Assembly: GCA_964455705.1 (NCBI GenBank)
Contig: CAYVYM010000009.1
Span: forward strand, 20,846 to 84,845
Direction: 5' to 3'
Length of the DNA: 64,000 bases
From: an uncultured Rikenella sp.
Lineage (GTDB): Bacteria > Bacteroidota > Bacteroidia > Bacteroidales > VadinHA17
Every line of letters begins with the position of its first letter. Positions within the stretch are counted from its first letter, which is position 1. The position numbers and the translations under genes are program-made. Shown piece by piece: positions 53,532-61,049 of the stretch. The notes beneath the pieces were generated by a model. It had not been told where the DNA came from, did no database searches, and saw only the letters and a list, made by a program, of their open reading frames with translations.

Positions 53532-55178
53532 TCAGTATGTAAATCCAAGTTCATCAAGACCGGCCCTCACCTCCGGGGCAGACATGAAGAGATCCCACAG
53601 CAGTCCCGTACGGTAGTTCTCGATCATGCAGACTATCGGTCCCTGGTCAATGGCTATATATGAATTCGCAAACCATCCGGAAGTCAGGTTAAATGCATCA
53701 TAAAAACCATACTGACCCCATAATTTATCGCCAATAGTATAATAGAAGAATTTCAGTGCCTTCATGCTTTCGACAGGAGTATAGGGGAATGATGAAAGAG
53801 CTGCTGTCGGGGCAATTACACCAAGATCATTTGTCGGAGAGCTTGCCCTGTAACCGTTTTGTATGTCGCTGGCTGTCAGGCCCCAACAATTATCAGCATA
53901 ACCTGAGTAACCCCTCGGATTGGCTTTGCAGTAGGCGTGATTAATCCTTGAATGGGCAACGTTCTGGGTCCAGTAAGAGGCGTACTGATCTGCCAGATTC
54001 CTCGGATCGAGCCCAAGGAATGAGTAATGGGCAAAGAAGAGCGGTCCTCCATAATCCTGCCCAAGAGGAAGCTTAATGTCATAAAAGAATTTATTGTTAA
54101 CCATCGGATATGCCCCATTGCGTGCCCACCCGTTTGTATACACAACGAGGGGTATTGCGCTGGTGGGAGCCGAAGCTGCAAGCACATAGATAATCAGGGC
54201 CTCATTCCATCCGGTTATCCCCATGTTCATTATCCACTCTTTGTCAGGTGACCAGTGCCAGTAGAGGATGTTCTGTGCTTCCCGTCTGTACCAGCTCCAG
54301 TCGACCGCCTCCCACAATGCGGTAATTGAATTGCACATCTCCCTCTCTGCAGCAGTGCCATCCTTAAAATACTCCCTGACAGCGATGAGTCCCTGCATCA
54401 GGAAAGCTGTCTCTACAAGGTCGCCTCCGTTGTCATTGGCGCTAAAGGGAATCACCTTGCCTGTTGTACCGTTTAGCCAGTGAGGGAAAGCACCATGAAA
54501 TCTGTCTGTCTCCGGACGAATGAGAAAATTGACAATCTTGTTCAGGCGCTCAAAACCCTCTTCTCTTGTGACAAAGCCTCTCTCTATTCCGACAATGACA
54601 GCCATGAGTCCGAAGCCGCTGCCCCCTGAAGTAACTGTCTCACCCGAACCGTAACGCTCACGTGACAAACCTGAGATCGGATGTGCATGGTCCCAGAAGT
54701 AGCCGAAGGTCTTATTCTGAACCAGTGTAAGAAGTGAGTCATCCGAAATCTCGGGAAATTTGGGAGTGGGATCAAGTCTGGTGCGAAAGGTGAAAGTATA
54801 ATTCTCATATATGAACCCGCCCAGATTGCTTCCCTGATCAAACAGAAGCCTGTAGAGGGAATAGGGTTCAACCGCCACGTCAGGAATGATAGTAAGCCAC
54901 TGTGATTTTTTGTCAAATCTGTAAGTGTAAGAAGGCTCTGCTGCTCCGGTAATAGAAATCTTTGCGCTGTTAAAGAGAAGTGTATCGACAGTCTCGCTAA
55001 ACTTAAAGCTGATTACAATATCATCATAATCCACATCCCTGATGATTGAATTCTTGGCCACATATTTCTGGTTGACAAATACGGAGTCAACCGTGATCTC
55101 ATGCAACGGATCAACCTTTTCTTTATGGCACGATGCCAGAGTTAAGACAGTAGCGAATATGAAAATGAGATATTTCAT
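53532..55178 (-). CDS. PF10091/GH144-like lipoprotein paralog with extra N-terminal ~130-aa Ig-like module
   Basis: Same motifs as the neighbour (..ETAFLMQGLIAV.., WNEALIIYVLAASA, CWGLTASD, LWGQYGFYDAFNL, IAIDQGPIVCMIENYRTGLLW). I place the start at the internal ATG (55178), which gives MKYLIFIFATVLTLASCHKE. The longer ORF to 55256 would overlap the upstream gene. Confidence 0.6.
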   Translation of the reverse strand: MKYLIFIFATVLTLASCHKEKVDPLHEITVDSVFVNQKYVAKNSIIRDVDYDDIVISFKFSETVDTLLFNSAKISITGAAEPSYTYRFDKKSQWLTIIPDVAVEPYSLYRLLFDQGSNLGGFIYENYTFTFRTRLDPTPKFPEISDDSLLTLVQNKTFGYFWDHAHPISGLSRERYGSGETVTSGGSGFGLMAVIVGIERGFVTREEGFERLNKIVNFLIRPETDRFHGAFPHWLNGTTGKVIPFSANDNGGDLVETAFLMQGLIAVREYFKDGTAAEREMCNSITALWEAVDWSWYRREAQNILYWHWSPDKEWIMNMGITGWNEALIIYVLAASAPTSAIPLVVYTNGWARNGAYPMVNNKFFYDIKLPLGQDYGGPLFFAHYSFLGLDPRNLADQYASYWTQNVAHSRINHAYCKANPRGYSGYADNCWGLTASDIQNGYRASSPTNDLGVIAPTAALSSFPYTPVESMKALKFFYYTIGDKLWGQYGFYDAFNLTSGWFANSYIAIDQGPIVCMIENYRTGLLWDLFMSAPEVRAGLDELGFTY

Positions 55179-55248
55179 TCTCTGAAAAAAAAGAAAAAAA
55201 ACGGGAGGAAAAGTGTAACCTGATCCTCCCGTAATTAAATAAATGTGA

Positions 55249-56130
55249 TTATTCAATCTGTGTTACCTCAGCATCAAACAGATCTTTCACTTCTGCTGCA
55301 GTCAGCGCTTTGTCATAAACGCGCAGTTCGTCAAGGTTACCAAGGAACCAGCCCATCCATGCATCTTCGGCAGTGCCTTCAGTCTTTGGACGCCATGCAC
55401 CGATATTGATCTTATCAGCATCGACAAAAGCCATAGGTCCGAGGGCCGGCCTCGGAACGACATCATCACCAGCTGCCCATCTGTTTTCAACTCCGTCATT
55501 AGTAACAATTTTAACACCGTCTTTGTAGATCATGAACTTGGATGTTGTCTGATCATACTGGAAGACAAGATGCATCCAGATGTTAATTGGGAACAACGGA
55601 TCAGAATAATTGATGTGCTGGCCTGACCAGACAGCTCCGTCCTTGAAGAAGAATGCCTTGAAATTCAAAGAATCAGCTGTAGCATCCAGCCTGAGTAATC
55701 CAATTTTTAAATTGCCCCAGAAAAGATCAGTTGATTTCCCGATCTCAAAGATTGTAGGTTCGGGATCACCTGTTACCAGCGGGGATTTAAGCCACATAGC
55801 AATTGAAAACGATGTTAAGCTTTTCATCTTACTGGCTGCAGGAAGAGTATATAACAGGTGCGCCATATTGGCTCCCTGGTAAGCCTGACCACGACGGCCG
55901 GCAACATAAGTCACATTTGGCTGTAACGTCGGAGTAAGGCTGGCAATCGATTCGGTTGCATTCCCGTCGAATGGGAAGTATGCCACCAGATTGGTAGTAG
56001 CAATCGTGCTGGGGTCAATTTTCCCGTCATCGTCGGGATCATTGTCCTTATTACACGATGTAAGCATCGAACTCATCATGATCATCATTCCGATCAGTAA
56101 AGCTCCTGTAATTTTAAATCTGTTTTTCAT
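55249..56130 (-). CDS. LamG/concanavalin-A-like lectin-domain lipoprotein (SusE/F-position surface glycan-binding protein candidate)
   Basis: Lipobox (MLTSCNKD). Laminin_G_3-type ending ..WMGWFLGNLDELRVYDKALTAAEVKDLF. Lies immediately downstream of the SusD-like gene. Confidence 0.65.
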   Translation of the reverse strand: MKNRFKITGALLIGMMIMMSSMLTSCNKDNDPDDDGKIDPSTIATTNLVAYFPFDGNATESIASLTPTLQPNVTYVAGRRGQAYQGANMAHLLYTLPAASKMKSLTSFSIAMWLKSPLVTGDPEPTIFEIGKSTDLFWGNLKIGLLRLDATADSLNFKAFFFKDGAVWSGQHINYSDPLFPINIWMHLVFQYDQTTSKFMIYKDGVKIVTNDGVENRWAAGDDVVPRPALGPMAFVDADKINIGAWRPKTEGTAEDAWMGWFLGNLDELRVYDKALTAAEVKDLFDAEVTQIE

Positions 56131-56166
56131 AATAAACTGAGTTTGGTTTTAAATTAAAAATATTTA

Positions 56167-57654
56167 TTAGTTGTACCCACTGTTCTGAGTGAGGTTTGGA
56201 TTTAGCTGCATCTGTGCTGACGGGATAGGATAAACTTCATGCCTTCCCGTAACGAAACCCTTGGAGGCAAGGGCCGTGGCTGCCTGCCCGGTCCGGACAA
56301 GGTCAGGAAACCTGTCCTCTTCCATTGCCAGCTCAGCCCGGCGCTCATCCCAGATCTGCTGTATAGTGGCCCCGGCGAGCGGAAGTAGCCCGGCACGCAC
56401 CCTGACAAGGTTTACTGCATCATCAGCAGTCAGGCCGCTGGCAGTGATTACCGTGGCACCGTTTACTTTCGCTTCGGCATACATCAGAAGTATGTCAGGA
56501 TAGCGGATAATTCTTATATTATGGTCAAATCCGTACCCGTTGAAGTTCCAGTTATTATATATTGAGGGTGTATAAACTTTACCATTATAAACCGGATTTG
56601 TACATATGGTCTTGATACTGTCTCCTTCCGGCGTTATGGTCCCTCTGTAAAGAAGTGTGGTGGCCGGACGAATTACCTCCCCTCTGGATGTGAAGAAGTC
56701 TATCAGGTTCTGGGTCGGTGTGCAAAAACCCCATCCCTGCATGTTGCCCGGATTGTTGCCTCTCGGGCCCTGAACGTAAGCATACTCAATAAAAGTCTGG
56801 TCTCCCGTACTCTTGCCCAGTGTAGAGCTTTGTATTTCAAAGAGTGATTCCCTGCTGTTTTCTCCGTCAACGCTAAACACTTCACGGAAATCATCGAGAA
56901 GACTGAACCGGCCCGATGCAATTATCCTGTCAGTGAGAGAGGCTACAGAGTCCCATTCTGCCTGGTACATGTGCACTTTTGCTTTTAGCGCCATGGCAGT
57001 AAACCTGGATATCCTGCCGTCCCAGTCTTTTGTATACCCGTCCGGGAGTATCTCTATCGCCTCAAGGAGATCTTTCTCAATGAATGAATATAACTGTTCT
57101 GTTGAGGACTGTGGGACCGAAGCAAGCTGCTCGGCAGTGAGTACCGTATCAACAACCGGGACCCTCCCGAAGAGACGGGTAAGGTTGAAATAGGCATAGG
57201 CCCTTATTGTCTTAACCTCACCCTGGCACTGAAGGGCGTATAACTTGTCGGAACTGTTTATCAGCGCCTCTTCAAAAAGCGGCATCTGATGAATTGAATA
57301 ATTGGCCCCGCTGACTATGTCATAATAGGAGGTCCAAAGAGAATTTATTAACCCGTTGTCAGACTGGTAGGCAAGGTTGTCGATCTCAAGCATCGTCGGA
57401 TTATCTTCCGGACTACTCCCTTTGTCTGCGTTGTCTGATGCTATTTCAAAAGCACCTATGTATGGGAACACATGAGCCCCGTAGTTCCTGAGTTTGGCAT
57501 AAGACGCGCTTACCGAAAGAAAGACATTTTCTGACTTTGAGTAATCGATTCCTGTGGAAGGCAAAGTACCCTCCGGTCTTATCTCAAGAAAATCCTCGCA
57601 ACTGACAAATGTCAGTATCAGGGTCATAATGAATATTATATGGAATCTTTTCAT
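56167..57654 (-). CDS. SusD/RagB-family nutrient-binding outer-membrane lipoprotein
   Basis: Lipobox followed by the typical start (LTFVSCEDFLEIRPEGTLP). TPR-like helical core. C-terminal ..IWDERRAELAMEEDRFPDLVR..YPIPSAQMQLNPNLTQNSGY. Confidence 0.9.
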   Translation of the reverse strand: MKRFHIIFIMTLILTFVSCEDFLEIRPEGTLPSTGIDYSKSENVFLSVSASYAKLRNYGAHVFPYIGAFEIASDNADKGSSPEDNPTMLEIDNLAYQSDNGLINSLWTSYYDIVSGANYSIHQMPLFEEALINSSDKLYALQCQGEVKTIRAYAYFNLTRLFGRVPVVDTVLTAEQLASVPQSSTEQLYSFIEKDLLEAIEILPDGYTKDWDGRISRFTAMALKAKVHMYQAEWDSVASLTDRIIASGRFSLLDDFREVFSVDGENSRESLFEIQSSTLGKSTGDQTFIEYAYVQGPRGNNPGNMQGWGFCTPTQNLIDFFTSRGEVIRPATTLLYRGTITPEGDSIKTICTNPVYNGKVYTPSIYNNWNFNGYGFDHNIRIIRYPDILLMYAEAKVNGATVITASGLTADDAVNLVRVRAGLLPLAGATIQQIWDERRAELAMEEDRFPDLVRTGQAATALASKGFVTGRHEVYPIPSAQMQLNPNLTQNSGYN

Positions 57655-57671
57655 CGCTATACCATTTTTAA

Positions 57672-60662
57672 TTAAAAGTTCGCTTTAAGTCCCATTGTAT
57701 ATACTGCCTGTAGCGGATACACAGAATTGTCTATCCCGGTACTGATAGGAGAGCCTCCTATCTCGGTTGTAAACCCCTTATAGGTAAAATAGGTATAGGG
57801 TCTCTGGGCTGAGGCATAAATCCTCAACCCGGGAATGAACCTGATCTTGTCTGTGGTATATCCTACCGTTATATTCTGTATCCTGCCGAATGAACCGTCT
57901 TCGACAAAAAAGTCATTTGCCTGCTGGGTAAATGAAAAGCTGTAAGCAAATGCTGAAGGGTACTTATATGAAGGATTATCTACCGTCCAGTGGTTGTCAT
58001 AAAAATCCTGGTCATAATTACCATCCGCAAAAACATCCCTGTTCATTCTTTTGGCATTGAGAATCTTATTTCCAATCTGGCCAAGGAGTGAAATATTCAT
58101 ATCAAAGGCCCTGTATTTGAATCCGAAATCAATCCCTGTTATAAGCCATGGGATTGCGCTTCCCAGGTAGACCTTATCTTCTTCATTAATGACCTTATCC
58201 CCGTTTTGATCCTTATATTTAAAGAAGCCGGCACCTTTTATTGCCTGGGAAACTTCATCCCTTAATGCCTCGCCTTCGCTCTCATATACACCTTCGATCT
58301 CGTAACCGTAAAATGACCCGATAGGATGACCAATAGCAGTGCGGGTAGTATAATTGCCCCTGACGTACCCGCTTGGTATGTATTCGCGGCCCTCAAGTTT
58401 TGTTACCCTGTTCATGATAGTTGTGGCATTGAATCCTATTATCATTCTCAACCCGTTGTCATACTGCTGAGTCCAGTTAAGGCTAAGCTCGACCCCTGCG
58501 TTTACCACACTTCCATTATTGCCGAGCAACTCTGCAACTCCTCCGCCGGTAGCAATAGGGGCGAAAAATACAACATTGTCTGTGGTGCGGTGATACAGGT
58601 CCAGGTCACCCGAGAGCTTGTTGTTGGAGGCTGTGAAATCAACCCCAATGTCAAACTCATTGACAACCTCCCAGCGCAGGTAATTCTGCACTACCGTCTG
58701 TGCTCCCATACCATCAACCAGCTCATCGCCGAAAATACCTGAAGCACCTGCGCCGGACTGCCCAAGTATTATGGTAGAGTTAGCGGGCACATTGTCATTA
58801 CCCAGAAGACCCCAGCTCGCCCTTAGCTTGAGATAGCTGAACAATTTCTGATTATCCATGAAATCTTCCTGTGTAAGGTTCCAACCTAATCCTATGGATG
58901 GGAAATAGCCCCATTTTTTCTGGTACTTGGAACTGGCGTCGGCCCTGAAGGTAACCGTGGCAAGATACCTGTCATTAATGTTGAAGGTGCCTCGTGTGAA
59001 GAACGATATTCCATTATATCTCCCCGCCCCGTCATATGCATTGCGGTCCCTGAAGGAGCCAAGCACCAGGTATTTTGATTGCTCATCGAGCCCTGGCACA
59101 TCAATTGCTGATCCCGACAGGGTCTCCCACTTTTCGACACGTGTTGATTGACCTACCATCAATGTATAATTAAGTCCGCCCGACTGATCTTTAAATGTCA
59201 GCAGGTTATCAATTATCTGCTTGGAAGAGATGCCAAAGGTCTTGGACAAACTCGACTTTCTGACACCCTGTGATCCGCCTACATTAAATGCAGGTGTATA
59301 TCCCCTGCTGGTCCAGTTGCTCAAATCCTGGTTGTATGAAACTTTGAATGTCAGTTTATTTTTTATAGGATAAAATTCTGCATACCCGTTAAAAACAAGT
59401 TTATTGCCTTTTTCGTAGTTATCGGAATAATAGGCTGCTGCAACCGGATTACCATATTGGTTACCAAATCCATAGGTTTGCGGTGACCCGAAACGCACAG
59501 GATAAGCTGCTGTATTCTCAGGATCGTAAACCGGGTAGACAGGCGGGTTGACATATGCCCCGAAGAATGCTCCCTCATTGGGATTGAACTTATCATACCG
59601 TGAAATAATAGTGTTCAGGCCTACCTTCAAATACTGATTTACATTCTGCTCAAGCCTTCCTCTTATATTAAACCTTTCAAAATTGTTTTTTGTATCCATT
59701 ATTCCTTCCTGGAAAAGGTAGCTTCCACCGATCGAATAGGATGTCTTTTCTGACATCCCTGAGATGTCAATGCTGTGACCTGTCATAGGTGCACTCCTGA
59801 CAAGTTCCTGATACCAGTCTGTGGATGCAGGGTAGTCAGAAGGATCTTTGGGTATATAACCTGTAGATCCTGAATAGGCTTCATTCAACAGCTCGACATA
59901 CTGGTCTCTGGTTGCCATCTTCATTATATTAACCGGCAGCTGCATCCCGAAATAGCCGTCATAGCTTATAGTGGGTTTGCCGGTGGTGCCCCTTTTTGTG
60001 GTAATAAGTATTACCCCGTTTGCTGCTCTCACCCCATAGATAGCCGAGGCTGAGGCATCCTTCAGTACAGTAAGATCTTCTATGTCACCTGCTCCGAGAA
60101 AATCAATATTATCCACAAAAACACCATCAACAACGTAAAGAGGCCTGGCAAAATCACCGATTGACCCCACTCCTCTGATCTTCACCGAAGGGCCACTTCC
60201 CGGCACACCGCTGCTGATTATCTGTACTCCTGCCACCTTACCCTGCATAGCCTGCATGGCATTGGAGGTCACCTGCCTTGACAGGTCTTCACCTTTTACA
60301 GTGACAATCGGCGCAGTCAGGTCCTTGGCACGTTGTGTACCATACCCTATGACCACCACTTCATCCATCAGTGTGGTTTGTGTAGCAAGCATTACATCGA
60401 TCACTGTCCTGCTGCCAACAACGATCTCCTGGTTAACCATTCCTACCATTGAAAAGACAAGAGTATCTGAAGGCGACGCGCTGATTGTGAATGTTCCATC
60501 AAGGTCAGTCATGGTTCCCCTGAATGTGTTTTTAACGAGAACAGATGCACCGGGGAGCGGTATGTTCTGATCATCAACGACTGTTCCCCTGATCGGCACC
60601 TGTGCCTGCAGAGGGCCCAGGTAAAAGAGGAACAAAAACAGGATTGAGAGAATTTCTTTCAT
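57672..60662 (-). CDS. SusC/RagA-family TonB-dependent outer-membrane transporter
   Basis: CarboxypepD_reg-like N-terminal domain (IRGTVVDDQNIPLPGASVLVKNT..GTMTDLDGTFTI). Plug (VVVIGYGTQRAKDLT). ~1000 aa ending ..MGLKANF. Start placed at the ATG at 60662 (MKEILSILFLFLFYLGPLQAQ). Confidence 0.9.
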   Translation of the reverse strand: MKEILSILFLFLFYLGPLQAQVPIRGTVVDDQNIPLPGASVLVKNTFRGTMTDLDGTFTISASPSDTLVFSMVGMVNQEIVVGSRTVIDVMLATQTTLMDEVVVIGYGTQRAKDLTAPIVTVKGEDLSRQVTSNAMQAMQGKVAGVQIISSGVPGSGPSVKIRGVGSIGDFARPLYVVDGVFVDNIDFLGAGDIEDLTVLKDASASAIYGVRAANGVILITTKRGTTGKPTISYDGYFGMQLPVNIMKMATRDQYVELLNEAYSGSTGYIPKDPSDYPASTDWYQELVRSAPMTGHSIDISGMSEKTSYSIGGSYLFQEGIMDTKNNFERFNIRGRLEQNVNQYLKVGLNTIISRYDKFNPNEGAFFGAYVNPPVYPVYDPENTAAYPVRFGSPQTYGFGNQYGNPVAAAYYSDNYEKGNKLVFNGYAEFYPIKNKLTFKVSYNQDLSNWTSRGYTPAFNVGGSQGVRKSSLSKTFGISSKQIIDNLLTFKDQSGGLNYTLMVGQSTRVEKWETLSGSAIDVPGLDEQSKYLVLGSFRDRNAYDGAGRYNGISFFTRGTFNINDRYLATVTFRADASSKYQKKWGYFPSIGLGWNLTQEDFMDNQKLFSYLKLRASWGLLGNDNVPANSTIILGQSGAGASGIFGDELVDGMGAQTVVQNYLRWEVVNEFDIGVDFTASNNKLSGDLDLYHRTTDNVVFFAPIATGGGVAELLGNNGSVVNAGVELSLNWTQQYDNGLRMIIGFNATTIMNRVTKLEGREYIPSGYVRGNYTTRTAIGHPIGSFYGYEIEGVYESEGEALRDEVSQAIKGAGFFKYKDQNGDKVINEEDKVYLGSAIPWLITGIDFGFKYRAFDMNISLLGQIGNKILNAKRMNRDVFADGNYDQDFYDNHWTVDNPSYKYPSAFAYSFSFTQQANDFFVEDGSFGRIQNITVGYTTDKIRFIPGLRIYASAQRPYTYFTYKGFTTEIGGSPISTGIDNSVYPLQAVYTMGLKANF

Positions 60663-60940
60663 GATGGGCGTATGTTTTAACCAAGTTATGAAGTAATAAC
60701 CATGCATTCAGCAAACGAAACCGTCGTTTAATTTTCTCAAGCGTAAAATTTTAAACCATCAAGACCTATATATTTCCACAACAAACAGCAATACATATTT
60801 GTTTATCATATAATTACAAATTGAATTCGGCAATAACCAACAGAGACGCTGAAGCAACGCCTCCGGAACCTTAACACAAAGGTGATTAATCATTGAATTT
60901 TAAGGATTACAAAATTCAGAGTAATATTTATATAATTCAC

Positions 60941-61025
60941 ACATAACAAAATACCCACAGACCGACAAAATGCCCGTCTGTGGATATATGCCTGCACGTT
61001 GAGGTGTTGCATGCAACGCCTCAAC
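60941..61025 (-). terminator. Two consecutive hairpins downstream of the S9 peptidase gene (terminator candidate)
   Basis: GTTGAGGTGTTGCA/TGCAACGCCTCAAC (60998-61025) is a 14-bp stem with one G.U-compatible mismatch. CCACAGAC..GTCTGTGG (60955-60983) is followed on the minus strand by GTATTTTGTTATG. Confidence 0.45.
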
Positions 61026-61049
61026 AGCAGTATCCGGAATGATCTGTAT

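Noticed and set aside
55179-55256. N-terminal 26-codon extension of the GH144-like ORF (start at 55256). A similar 15-codon extension precedes the SusC-like ORF (60663-60707).
   Set aside because: The internal ATGs give canonical signal peptides (MKYLIFIFATVLTLASC.. and MKEILSILFLFLFYLGPLQAQ). The longer forms would bury these signals and, for the GH144-like gene, overlap the upstream gene.
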